From NCBI GenBank assembly GCA_021613535.1, contig CP075494.1, positions 7,688,001-7,752,000 on the forward strand: a stretch of DNA of 64,000 nt. Reading direction: 5' to 3'. The DNA comes from Adineta vaga (taxonomy: Eukaryota > Animalia > Rotifera). Below the pieces are notes generated by a model that was not told the DNA's origin, made no database searches, and saw only the letters and a list, made by a program, of their open reading frames with translations. A program made the translations under genes and the position numbers. Shown one piece after another: positions 12,530-26,888 of the stretch (the first letter of the stretch is position 1; each line of letters opens with the position of its first letter).

Positions 12530-13742
12530 TTAATACTGATAGTATATAAATGGATAAAAAGTATTTGCACTGGAGAATTGAGATGTTATCGGATAGGTAA
12601 AACGTAACATGTTTGGATATGGTTTTTGTTCAGGATAGACTACTGATGGTGGAGGACTGAAATAAGGTGGTGGTTGCATCACATATCTTGAAAGAGATGT
12701 ATCAGGAACAATACTACTTGTAGCTGAATGAGTTTTGGATGGACGTAATCGATCTTTTCTAGATTTACTATGTTTTCTTTCGGATGATTTAGAATCACGT
12801 CGATCGACAATAGTAACATGATCACGTTTAGATCTCGTTTGAGATCGTCGAGGTTTATTATCATCGGTCATATCTTCAAATATATTTTCAATTGTTTCAA
12901 TTCCTGTTGATGTATTTCGTATTGTACGTATTGTATTTAATGTGACATTTCCTTTCGTTTTCTCACTATGATTCGTTTTAAGAATTGATTTTTGTGATTT
13001 TGTACGAATTGGTTCAGTCTCTTGTTTATCCGAAATTGTTGCTTTCTTTGATGATGATCGATCATTAATTACAGTAACAACTATTTTATGTGCTTTCGAA
13101 TTAGATGAATGTTTCGAATCTTGATTCGTTGTTGCATGAGATATAGAATAGGAACGAGATTTTGTGTCAGTTGATGAACGACGTATTGGATCAGATACTA
13201 GACTCGAATTTTCATCGATAGATTTTCTCGATATATTATGGTAAGTTGCATATGGACCTAAAAAACGCCAATCATCAACTGTTTTATGTCGTTGAGAATC
13301 TGATGATAATGAAGATGCGATGGATTTTGCTTTGGTCAATGATTTAGGTTTTGAATCTAAATATGAAAGTTTTGATTGAGTATGTCGAACTGATGGATAA
13401 GCTGCTTCGTTATAACGTTTATCATACAGATAATTATTCGGATCAGGATGAACTGATGATGAATGATCAGAACTTTGATAAATAGGAAATTCATATGATG
13501 ATGAATCTGGACCCTTTAATCAACGAACCATGGAAATGAAATAGAAATAAGAAATCTGATAAAATACAAACCTTATTACGAAGTTCTTGTTTCATTCGTA
13601 AGACAAGTCCATCTAATTTAGCTGCAATCATATCTGGATTAATATTCTGTGCATTATTTTTAAGTTCATCTGATATCATTTGAGCTTCTTCACTTAGAAT
13701 ATGTGTTAGTTGAGCAACAGTATGTGAATCCATCCCAACCAT
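12530..13742 (-). CDS. Uncharacterised Ser/Arg/Lys-rich, probably disordered protein (2 exons)
   Basis: Exon 1 (13742-13572, helical) splices via a ~57-nt GT-AG intron in frame to a long open exon (GPDSSSYEFP...YPFIYYQY*). No family recognised. Confidence 0.65.
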
Positions 13743-14956
13743 TGAATTGTCGCGTGAAATTTGACGAAATTTATTATTAATAAATATATATGCGTATATT
13801 TGTTTGACTAGTAAAAGAATCTATAAGTTAAACTCAAAACAAACTTCGACATAGTTGATGAGTCAATACTTTACCTTCTTACTTGAAAATGATTATATTT
13901 TCTATTTGTTATTTACTCTAATTTTCTCATGTTTATTCATTTTATACTGTCATGCATATCTTTAATTTCCACTATTTCAATCACACTGTAAAATAGTCAT
14001 GTCATTTGATCGTAAATTGATAAATATATATATCGTGTTTCGACGATTGAAGTAGACATGAAAACATAGAACTACTAACCATGAAATCTATTTTTATGAT
14101 CGTCGAACGAAGACCCAAACTAATTAATATGATTGAGAAAATTTCATTGAACTTAAGCACTTTGATTCATTGTCGAGCCAAGGTTTTATCGTAGATGATT
14201 CTATCTATTCAAGTTTTTCGTTATTAATTATCATTTCGATAATGTGTAGAAAGTTTGAGATCAGATTTGAATCGATTCATTTCTATATAAGCAGATTATC
14301 TTTTCCTTCGAATGAACATTCTTCTCTTAATTGATTATTGAAGAGATCCATTAGTTCATCGAACTACTATCTTGAAAATACTGATTGTTCTTATACATTC
14401 ATCAACATCTTGTAATTATCATCAATTGACATATATTTGATTAAGAATTTCGAATTTAATTATGTCAATCTTAATCAAAACTAATCTATTATTTCGTATG
14501 CAAGTCAAGATTCACGTGAAATAAAATTAAAAAGAAAGAAGGTTTATACGAAGTGTTTCTCAACTCAGTATAGGATATAATTACAGTAATTTTATCTCAA
14601 TAATTATTTCCGGAATGAACGAGAGAAAAAAAACATCTCGCAGTGACACACGCAAGGCAATTCTCTTACAATCAAGGCTATTTGTTCAATGAATGCACAT
14701 CTTTCGAAATATGTTTTCATGATGAGGATTTGTTTTCCAATTAATATTACTTTTATTCATCAAAAAAGAAAAGAACGACCAATGAATTTATTTCACATAA
14801 ATCTGAGTTACTTGAAATTTTTGTTTTGTTTTTTTTTGTTATATGTTATCATTAAAAATACATTATTCAACATCAAAAGAAACAAGACGATTTCGTATAC
14901 ATATAGAGTAATAGAACATGAAAAGAAATATAAACATAGATATCATACATAAATAT

Positions 14957-16566
14957 TTAAGAATTCGATGAACAAATTTGATGAAAATCATCGACATCTT
15001 CTTCTTCATTATAATCATCATCATCAGGACCTGATGTTGAGCTAGAATGAGCATCATTTGTTACATTCGTTTTTAACTACAACAAAATCATTGAATGAAA
15101 CAAATTAATAAAAATATTTTCGTCTTACTTTTTTCACTATTTCGGTTTTTTTATAAAGAAATGGTTCGATTACTACTTTGCCAATATTTTGTCGATCAAT
15201 TAGCTTACCAAGTGCATTATTCACCTAAATATAATCGAGAATATTAAATCAAAAATCTATTTTCTTATACATACATCTTCAAATGTAAATACAGAATCAA
15301 CAACTGGTTTGATTTTATTTTCTTTATAAAGTAAAAATATTTTATGCATGATATCAGCTAAATACGGACGTGTTTCATTGGAACCGCGTAATAATAATTG
15401 AAGTAAATTAAAACCATGAACAGATTTACTATCTTGAAACAAACGTAAACAACTTATTTTATCATTTTGCCACCACTAAAAATATTCTCGAAAATCGTTT
15501 CTATATTTATCAAATCTTCCATTCTACATACATTTGCCATTCCTTTTGTAATACCAAATAGGTTTTTTATATCCCACGTAACAACACTTGATGTACCATA
15601 CATAATATATTTACCATTGAATTTTAATAAATTAAGACCACGTTCACAATCATCCCCAGCCATGCAATCAAGTATAAGATCGATACCTTCAGGTGCAATT
15701 CTGAAATTTATTCTAATGAATCGAAACGATTGTTGATCATACAAAAACATACTTTTTCACATCTGCAACATAATCAAAGTCATGTTCAAAGAGATAATGA
15801 ATATGTGTACGTAAAGCATCGAATTTATGTGAACTTGCTGTAGCAATAATTGTTAAATTAGGAATTAATTTTGAAAGTTGTGTTAAAGCAACTAGAAAAG
15901 AAACAAGATTTTTTGTCTTAATATAGATACTGATATATGATAGTTTACTTACTACCAACACCGCCTCCGGCTGAATGAAATAATAATGTTTGACCTGGTT
16001 TAATATTTCCAATTTCAAATAGAAGAATATAAGCAGTAAGATAAGCAACAGGAAGAACTGCTGCTTCTCGAAAAGACATTTCTTTTGGAATTTTGAAAAC
16101 TAAATCTTTTTTAACAAGAATTTGTTCTGCCCAAACTGAAAATCGTGTCAAAACAACAACACGATCACCTCTCTAGAACAAAATCAATGTGTATTTTCAA
16201 TTAGTCGATTCTTATTCTTAATTACTTCAATATGAGTAACATTATTTCCAATATCTAATACTTCTCCACTACATTCAAAACCTGGAATAAATGGTGGTCG
16301 CGGTAAATCTTCTAATAGGCCATATCGACTAAGAACATCATTAAAATTCACTCCACTAAATAGAGAGAAAATCTTTGTAATGCCTTTTTTTCTCTTTTCA
16401 ATAAGAATATTTCTTACCAAGCTTTAACAGCAATTAATACTTCTCCCTCGGCAGGTGAGGGTGGTTTGGGTGTTGTTGTAACTTTTAATTCACGTTTACC
16501 AGTAAAAGTTTGTTGAAGAGTTATACATTTCATATCAGAGGTTGATTTGTCTTCACTATTCGTCAT
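14957..16566 (-). CDS. VAT1: VAT-1-like quinone oxidoreductase (MDR family)
   Basis: VKACGVNFND, PFIPGFECSG, AAVLPVAYLTAY, HSAGGGVG (NADPH binding), IAPEGIDLILD and RQNIGKVVIEP. All introns are GT-AG and in frame. Acidic tail in the last exon. Confidence 0.9.
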
Positions 16567-18270
16567 TGTATTCACTAGGAGAACAATCTGTATTAAATTT
16601 ATTTACATCGATGTGTAATATAAAACGAAAGTAGGAGTAGTTTCGTTATTGTCACTTCAGTTTCTTCTAACGTTTTCTTTCTCTTTCCTACCAAGTAAGC
16701 TCTACTTGACGTTATTCTTTATAAGTTTAGAGCGAATATATATGAGTAGGTTTTTTTCATTCATCGTCGCCGTTCTTTCTCTCTGCTTCTCTCTATGTTT
16801 GTGGTTCCGTTTTTTTTCTTCTTCTTTCCACTATATTTATATCTATGGAAAACAGAGTCATTATCATCGATTTTTCTTTCTTCAATATTTACTATAAGCA
16901 CGGGAAAAAAAGAACTCAAGGCTATATTCTATGATAATGAAAGTGAGCATTCTGTCTCGTTTTCCTTACATAAATAGAAGAATATGGCAAAAACCACGTT
17001 CATCTTCATGATAATCTCGAGAACTTCTTTCTCTCTTTCTCTCTCTCTAAACGATAATAACGGAAGACAAAGCAATAACAACAACAAACGTTTCTTGCAC
17101 ATGCTTATATTAAACAGACTTTCCTAATTAATTCAAACGCATAGCTTCTGATTAGAACTATGACGAACATTGAGAAACAAAAATCAAGTATATTTGTGTC
17201 TATTCTTAATCTTTCACGCGGAGTAATCATAAAAATAGATCTTAATTTTCAATATTCAATGTCATTCATGCGTACGAATACATATGTTTCTGAAATTTAT
17301 TGAGATTTGCCTCTTTCTTATGAGAAAAGAAATAGACGTTATTTAATAAATCATCATCAGAATTTACAGACATTTGACATTGTAAATATTTAATAAGAAG
17401 CAAGGATTTTTTTATGTTATTGTTTTCTATGAAGAAAAGTACCTTGATTATCAAACATTACTTATTAATTACAAAAGACTAGATTTATATTGTCTCATGA
17501 GAAGTTCAATAAGACTTTCTTTAGAGTTAAAAGAAACAGAGAAGACATAGAATAGAATGCTAATTAAGAACATTAGAAATAGTTACCATCGAATTGTATG
17601 GATCCGATTAAATATCTGAACATTACTTCCAACATGATAAACTCATATTATGATTTTCATCCGTACTTATCAATTAATGTATTGTTAAATTCACTTTATC
17701 AGAACGGATTTAAGCTTCTTAGATAAGCATTTATCTCTTCCGTTGATGGCGAGTAAGATTTGAAAAAAAAAACATGACAGACATCAAATAATTAAGAAAA
17801 ATTTAGTTTATTGACAAATGTCATTTTTTTCGAATATCATGAACGACTTTGACATTCATTTCTATACTTTGTTCTTTTCTATTAATCAATGTAATGTATG
17901 CATGTTCAAGTGTTCAATTAATTTTAAGTGTAACTTTTGTTTGATGTTGTTGAAGTAAACCATTCTTTTGAAACAATACCGAAGGTTCACTAAGCAACAG
18001 GAAAAGTGACATCTCTCTAACGATTTCTTCTTGTGTATTAAATAGATTTTCTCATTAAATTCTTTATATCTTAGATAAAAATCTTTGTAATTTAATCCTT
18101 ATTCCACTATGTATCAGTTTGTTGTTATGAACCTAGAGAGAAAAAAAATTAATTTCACATACCGGTTCCGAAGTGAAACCTTACTATTGTTCTGTTCTGT
18201 AACCTTTTTTTCATGAGTAACTGTTTATAAACTTCTCATTCTTTTCAGACATGAATATACAAAGAGAACC

Positions 18271-20490
18271 ATGACTGCCGCTATAGAGACATATACACCT
18301 TCTGATCGATCATCAATGATTTCGCATAAATCGAATCATGGATTCTTTACTAATCAGACAAATGCATCACGAGTTGTAGGTCATTGTTTAGATGGTAAGT
18401 ATTGAATGTCTTGAGTGTTATTTTGAGAGAAAAAAACAAAGATGGATGCCGGTTGATATAGATGCGGATATATTGACTTTAAAACGGCAATATGCGAATT
18501 TGAATCTTTTCGAGCAAAGTATTTTATCAAATTCAGCAGAAGATTTCTCTCAATTTGATCGTCTTCCTTATCAATCAGAAATCTTTGGTCAAGATCAACA
18601 TGATATTGATGATGGTAAATATCTTTTTCAATAGTAATCGATTCAAAACTAACAATTGATATGTCATTGTAGATGATTTTACATATGAAGATGCTGGTGC
18701 TGATTATTTCATAACTATTCAAGATCGTCTGAAAAAAGCCAACGATGAATTTCGACAAGATCTATCATCCACTGAAGCAAAAGTACAACCACGTGTACAA
18801 TTCGATACAATCGTCAAAGCAGTTGATATTTTTCTTGAACCTACAGAATCAAATGATCCGGAGAAACTAATAGATTCATCTGTTAATGAACAGTCACCAA
18901 ATAATACACATGAATACACTGTACCATTGAATGATACACAACCAAAGGAAGGTTTGTCATTGGTTGAACAAATAAAAGCAATACAATTTCATAATATGCC
19001 TCCGACGGATGAAAGATGGGCAACAACAGCGAACAATAATAACGATGAGAAATTAGAAGCTCATGAAGGTATATTCGAATTTGTTATCCTTAATCTTATA
19101 CATATAGATATTATCAAATTCAGAGGATAAAACATCTCCATCGACATCTAAAAATTCAATGATTGTTTCTGTCAATGGACGTTTTGATTTACAACATGAG
19201 GATGATTACATAGCAAAACAAACATTAAAATCGAATAATAATTTCCCTGAGAAACTCTCATTTCTACCTACACCACCTACAGAACCAAAGAAAAACCAAA
19301 ATAAACCTCCTCGTCCATATCCAATTCGACCAAAATCTTCTGAAACTATTCGTAAAACTGATACAAATTCCACTAAGAAAACCACTTCCGATTCAACAAA
19401 TCGACAGCGACCCAAAAGGTATCATAGAACTAAATTTTCATATCATTTCAACATTGATTCTTTTCGATTATTTCTAGTGCAGGTATTTCAAAATCGATTG
19501 AAAGTTTTGTAGATAAGTAAGTAAATTAGTTTAGTTGAAGAATTCACTTTTTATTTATAAACTAAAACTTAAGGCCATCATCTGGTGTTGATTTCGATGA
19601 ACTTTTACGAAAAGCATCAGCAAAAAAACGGGCAGAATTACGCGAAGAACGTCGTAAAAAAGAGGATGTAAGAAAATGTTTTCTATTTATTGAGTAAGAC
19701 GTAATTTATACTCGAGATATTTTCTTTTAGGAAGAAGAAAGAAGAAAGAAAGAATTAGCAAAAGCAAAAGAATGTTACGAACGATGGTTAGAAGAGAAAA
19801 ATTCTGAACGTAAACGAATCAATGAAGAAAAACGTTTAGAAAAAGAAGAAGAAGAAGTAAAAACAATGTTGTTTTTATAGAATTTATCATTTATTTGTTC
19901 ATTAGACACGTCAAAATGAATACGGTAAAGAATTAAATGAATTACGTGAACGACGATTTAAAGAATGGCTTGATCGAAAAGCTCATGAAGCACTTATTGA
20001 AAATGAATTTCAAAAATTAAAAGCAAATGACGAAGAAATGGAATTGCGACGATCATCATTTGCACCCAATCATTCGATTAGTAATGGTGGTGATCATCGC
20101 GCATTTCGCCGGTAATTTCTTTTCAATAGATACTCATTTCAACATAATACATATCATATGATATTATAATCACGTGTACTTGTCATATTGAATGAACATG
20201 TTTTGTTTGAAACATATGGATAAAAACAATTGTGGTCGATCGACTGAATATTCGTAGGAGATTATCACGAATGAGAAATATTTCTACTGAATAATTGTCT
20301 TCATAATTTAATCTATTAAAATTTTTTTTCTTTTTTCAGTTGGCTTCGTCAAAAACATGAACAAGCGTTAGAAGAAAAACGTCGAATACGTCTTGAAATC
20401 AAACAACGCCGTCGTCGAGATCGACGCTCAATTAAACGACATCAATTACAACAAGATATTCAATTGGCTAAATCATATGGATATTCGTAA
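18271..20490 (+). CDS. CCDC181: Coiled-coil protein, CCDC181-like (microtubule/ciliary)
   Basis: Multi-exon ORF with IVSVNGRFDL and repeated C-terminal motifs YERWLEEK, FKEWLDRK and FRRWLRQK in E/K/R-rich coils, resembling CCDC181 (the motif type is shared with CCDC34). Confidence 0.65.
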
Positions 20491-22337
20491 ATAAGATTTT
20501 TTTTTCTCTCTCTCACTCTCTCGTATAAACTAAGTTATGTATTTATTTATTTTATTCAAAAAAACATCGTTTGATATATCGGATAAATATTCTACTTATC
20601 AAAACAGACCACAACATAAAAAAAACGAAAGAAATAAAACCACATATCGTTGTATTTTTTTCATATATTTTCATACATAATCGAATACATCGACCGTAAC
20701 GTGCGACATGGAAAGAAAAAATAAATGACAGATTCTTCAAGAGCAAAAGTAATTTATTGCGATGTTGTTTTTTTTTCTTCTTTCTCTATATCGATTGATA
20801 ATAGTTAAAGGATAATACAAAAAAATCGGAAAACATATTCAAAACATGTCTATTCATTACGTTGAGAAAAAAATAAACACTTTTTTCTTTCTTTTGATAA
20901 ATGATTAAACGTCTTTTTCAATCAACGATTAACAAAATAACAACATTATAAATTAATGTAATGAAAAATATATTATCATGTTATTTTGATATTATTTTTA
21001 ATGAATAAACTAGATTTTCTATCATGATTAAAAATAATAAATCTAGTAGAAGGAAAGAAAACAAATAGAATCATCTCGTTATTGTGTTGTTGTCTTATGC
21101 AATCTAATTACGAAATTAATAAATCATGACGTATCATTTTTTGATTGTGAAAAAAAATTTCGATGCTTTGTTTTTCGATGCGGTTGTTAGTTCTCTTCTT
21201 GATTATGAAAATAAAAATGCATGTAAAAATGCAAGCGTAACGATGAAAACACCTTTCTAAACATCATTATTGAAAAGGAAAGCGTTCAGGTAGAGACATT
21301 CTTCTGATCAAATCATCAAACGACATGCCGTCGTTTAACATAACCGATCAGAGTGTATGAAATTGCACAATCATACGGAAATGAATTTAATTTGTTTCAT
21401 ATAGGTAGATAGCATTTTTCACTGATTTGTGCACTTGTTTTCGAAGAATAACAGACATGTACAGTTGCAAAAACACATTTGCTTATCAATTTTTTTTCTT
21501 TCGCATACTCTCACTCTCTTATACTACGATGACTAACTTTGATTGATATCTGAGAACATCATTATGACACATTCAAGTTGACTTGTTATGTAGATGCACG
21601 AACGAAAGAAGAAGAACATGTTTTCGTTTAATTAAGATTTCTCTCCGAATAACTTCTTGAACTACGTTTTTCTTTTCTTGAAAACAAATTTGTCTGCATT
21701 TGAAACAGCTGGAAGAAAGAAAGGTATGTATTTGTATGAAAAAAGCTAATTATATCGACGTAATTCTGTACCGTTTGAATTCTTTGAGTCATAATCTGCG
21801 TATTTGATAGGCCTTTTCTATTGAACAAAAGAAATTATATAAACACCTTTGTTATGTTCTATAACTCACTGGTTATTTGATCATAAATCGTTAATGTCAT
21901 CGGATAGTTTATGTACAGCATACTCAGGTGTGTTGTATGTGTTTTCTCTCGATTAAAAACATAAATAATAAAGGTACAATCGCTGTATTCACCTCTAAAA
22001 ATCACTTCTTATTTGTTTTGCACATTTTGATAGTTGGAAGAGAGACGAGAGAAAAAAAACGAAAGAATAATCAAGGTCTTTCTTTTTCATTTTTTTATCT
22101 CATTCATATATTTGTTCGGAATAATACTCTTTCTTTTCATAACGATAACGACGTTATTATTATCATCATATAAAAATCAAGAAATATTATACTTAATACT
22201 ATACATATATTACATTCTAGTTTTCAACGCGGTCAACTTTTATCTGAAAGATGTACTCGTATACCCCAGCTCAAGTAAGAATTTTTCTGTCTCTTTTCTC
22301 TTAGAAATAAAAACGATTGATTCGTTTCTTTCCACAG

Positions 22338-25300
22338 ATGTTTACGATGCAGCAGCAACATCCCCAACATACACACCTCCATCAAGCTGTGTATGCTCAA
22401 CAACAACAAGATGCAAATATGTTATTTCATCAATATAGTCAACTTCAAATACGTTCAATGCAGAATCCATATCCTAATACACCTGTACCTTCTCTAACAC
22501 CTATGCCGTATGGTCAACAGCCAACTGATCAACAAAATCAACAATTATATCGACCTGATCAACTTGTGTCACAAGCAACATCACCACAAATACCGACACC
22601 TGTTCAACAACAACATTTACAACAACAAATTCAACAACAAATACAACAACAAATGCAACAACAAATGCCACGTTCAAGTCCAATTAATATGCTACCAATT
22701 TCATCACCTGAAATGTGGCATGCAGGTAGTCCTCTACCACCTGGTCAAGATGCATTTCGTCCTATTTCACATACTGTTTCTCGTACGATGCTTGACGTTC
22801 TGCCATTTCAAACAATATCAAATAGCAATCCTTCTTCACCACCCATGAATACATCATTTGATTCACCTAAAACAATTCATTTTTATCATCCGAAACAATC
22901 AATCGAAAGTCGCCGTCGCCGCCAACGTCTTCATAGTGGTTCAAGTTGTTATGAATCAGACTCACCTGATATTTCCAGTGATGACGAAGACGAATATCGA
23001 GTAAGTGATATTGATATTTATTTATAGCGCCAATGCGAATAAGTGTTTATTTAATGGGAATATATCACTCGAAAGAATTTTAATTAATTTTATTTATAAA
23101 ACGCATATGATCGATGTCCATTAGATATAAATTATTCTATTTTTTTTCTCTTCTCTTCTTAGTGGCGTTTGGCAAGTTCGAATATTGGAAATTCACTTCC
23201 AACATTAATCAAGAAAAAACGATCCAATTCAATGGGGCGAACTGATGGACGATCAAGTGAACAAGATACCAAAGATATTTACCAAAGATCACAAAATAAC
23301 AATGGAGTTTTTCCTTTAATCAATACTTATTATCATAATTCAACAAGTAAAAATAATACAAATGCTAACAATAATAGTAGTCATCGGCCAAAACTTCTTC
23401 AATATATTGATGAAAATATTATTGGTAGAGACTTAATTTTTACTGGACCATGGGGTATAAGACGCAGTAAGATTTGTCTCTTTTCTTTGCAAATTTATTT
23501 TGAAACAAACAGTTGATTTTGTTTCTCTTAGTGATCTATTGTGACTATACAGCATCAGGTCGAGCATTGGAATTCATCGAGAATTATATCAAAAGTCATA
23601 TTCTTCCTCTGTGAGTAGATGTAATTTATACATAAATGAAAGAAAATGTAATCTGTTTTACTTTCTACAGGTATGGAAATACACATAGTGAAAATAGTCT
23701 TTGTGCTCTACAATCAACAAAGTTTCGTGAAGAAGCTCGAAATATTATCAAAAAATCGGTGAATGCTAATGAAAGTGACGTTCTAATGTTCACAGGCACA
23801 GGTTCAACAGGGGCAATTCATTGTCTTGTTGATGCTCTTGATTTTGCGAATGAAACTGCTCGAAAAAATAGTGTTGTTATGGTTAGTGCCTTTGAGCACC
23901 ATAGTAATCTATTACCATGGAAAGAAGCAGGTGTCGAAGTAGGACGAAAAAATTTCATATTTTCTTTTACTCATTAATTAACCATTTCTTTTTGTTTATT
24001 ACCTTTCAAGGTCGTTCGTCTTCCTACTACTCAAAGTGGCATACTTGATAAAACATTCTTAAAAGAAAAATTACAACATTATTCAAAATTGAAAAAACGC
24101 ATCATTTGTTCATTAAATGCTGCTAGTAATATCACGGGAATATTTACCGATGTCGATAGTATTTCTACACTTGTTCATTCCTATTCCGGATTGGTCTTTT
24201 GGGATTATGCAACTGCTGCACCTTATATCAAAGTCGATATGAATCCATCAGTAACTGCATATAAAGATGCAATATTTATTTCTACACATAAATTCGTTGG
24301 CGGCCCAGGTGCACCAGGTAAGACAAGAAAGACGACTAAATCGGTAATATTGTTTGTTTTATTTTGTAGGTATTTTAGTTGCAAAACGAAGTCTTTTCGT
24401 TTCGAAAACTCCGAAATCACCCGGCGGTGGTACAGTAAATTTTGTTACTCGTACAGCTCATGAATATAGTCATAATGTCGAAACTCGTGAAGAAAGTGGT
24501 ACACCAGATATAATCGGTTGTATTCGAGCAGGACTCGTCTTTCAATTGAAAGATTCGCTTGATATGAACTATGTTCAAACACGTGAAGAAGAGTTAGTCA
24601 AACGATTTCATCGTCGTTTTAAAAAAAATGACACATTAATTCTTCTTGGTTCTCAAACAGCTCAACGTTTACCAATATTTTCATTTACAATTTATATTCC
24701 GGGTGTATGCAAATATTTGCATAGTAATTTAGTTTGTCGTTTATTTAATGATCTATTCGGCATACAAGTTCGATCAGGTTGTGCTTGTGCTGGTCCTTAT
24801 GCATTAGATTTATTAAATGTTAGTGATGCTAAAACAGATATTTATTGTATGTTTTTAACGGAAGGATCCTGGTAAGTTGAATTATTATCGATCAATGATG
24901 AATTTGTTTTTCGTATTTTAGTGCCCGAGGAAATGATAAAATTGTTCGAAGTTTATTAATGAAGTAAGAAGAGAAAAATGTCCATTTTGGATTTGTATTG
25001 TATCGAATTGATATTTTAGACCTGGTTTCACTCGTCTAAATTTACCATATTTCGCCAGCGATGAAGAAATCGAGTTTATTCTCGATGCTGTTGAATTTAT
25101 TGCTAATCATGGATGGAAATTTTTACCATTGGTATGTCAACAAAGAAAAACATTTATATATATATATATATATTCATATCTAATTTCAATCAATTTCTAG
25201 TACACATACGATCCAACAACAGGTGCTTGGGAACATCGTAGTGGTTCACTTCCAGCTCAATCCAGTCTTGGTGATATTACTTACAAAGGTGGTCGAATGC

Positions 25301-25812
25301 AATATTATGCCAAACGAACTGATGCATTATCTATCCATGGAGATAAAACTCTTCCAGTGAGACTAGTTGAATGATCTTATAGCTATTGTTTATCATTCGT
25401 TTTTCTGTCTTAGGATCCAATGCGTGAAGCTAAATCACTTGCTGTCGAAGCTGTTCGACATGCCATTGAAACTGTTGATTACACTTCCGATCCTCCACTC
25501 AATATTCCAGAGAAATATAAGAATTTAATTTGGTTTGCATTACCAATTGATATTGCTCTGATGATGATTAAACAGAATGAAACAGGACAAGAACAAAGCT
25601 GTGATAGTAGTGCCCTTCCATTCATACCTGAAGATGCAAAAGTAAGTTTATTAAACGGGAGAAATAAAACCAGAACATTTTATCATTTATTTTAGGCAAA
25701 GATCAATAATGCAGCTAAAACTAAATCAGGTGTCAACGTACGTGACGCAGGAGTCAATCGAAAAAAACATCCATCTAATCTTTCATCATCAACATCTCGA
25801 ATGCGATCATAA
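22338..25812 (+). CDS. Class V PLP-dependent aminotransferase / cysteine desulfurase-like protein with Q/P-rich N-terminal extension
   Basis: IYCDYTASGR, YGNTHS, FTGTGSTGAI, EHHSNLLPW, WDYATAAP, STHKFVGGPG (PLP lysine), EESGTPDI, RSGCACAGPY (Cys loop) and KPGFTRLN. About 10 exons joined in frame by GT-AG introns. Confidence 0.9.
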
Positions 25813-26888
25813 CTTCGTTGAAAAGAAGAAATCATTGAACTATATCATTCTTCTTTTTTCTTGCCACTCATTTTGTTTTCTTGTTGCCCCGATGATATTT
25901 CTCTTGTTTTGTTATATTTATACGTATTGATTCATATTGTGCTTATATAAACACACTATTATCGTTTGTAACATAGGCTTCTTTTTCGAAGCAAAATAAC
26001 CAATTTGCTTTTTTCTTGAGTATTTGAAATAAATTATGAAACAAATGTAAAAGTTCTGAAAACAACGAAAATTTATGAAGTCAAGAGATGTTTCAATCGA
26101 TGTCACATGGCTCTTTGTGTGACAATCAATGTCAACATTGAATTGATAAATATCCATAGTGGAAATTTTTGTCAATTTGTTTTCTTGAAGGATATGGATT
26201 TTCGAAGAGTAAAATTATTTAATTGCATATTTTTCGTTACGTTTTCTTTTCTTTCTTTTTTAACGGAAATTGATTGCTTTTTGAATCAGATAAGGAAAGG
26301 AAAGTCTAGAGAAAGATTGCTTAATATGATACAGGATGACATGCTGGTTATTTTTCGTCGATCAAATTCAAGATTTCAGTTTGTACTAACAATATGATGT
26401 AAAACATTTTTCATCAATTAATTGTATGTAATGTGACATGACTTTTATCAAGAGAATTGCTTTCTCTATATTACATTTACACATTTAATTTGAAAGGAAA
26501 AAAACAGAGATAAGAGCGGTCTATGTCATTGTCATGTAATATTTGCAGTATTGTTTTTTTCATGTCGGAATGATTTAGAAAAATTGACTTTTAATGATAA
26601 ATAGAATGGGTAAATATTTAATTCTACTGTAAATAATTCATGCGTATTAATTTTGTCTTTATTTAATAAAATAAAGCACATCACATGACTTATCTTTCGA
26701 AAGACGCAATGTTTTCTTTGTTTTTCTTCTCGTTTCTTCTAAACATTTGACTGTGTTGATATTTTTTTATCTGCCCTCATTGTGCCCCAAGTTGAATCAT
26801 ATGGATGCAAACAATAATATAAATACATAAAAGCAAGGTAAAAAAAACTTCTTTAACTATCGAGGGAAACGAATTGGTTAGATCAACA

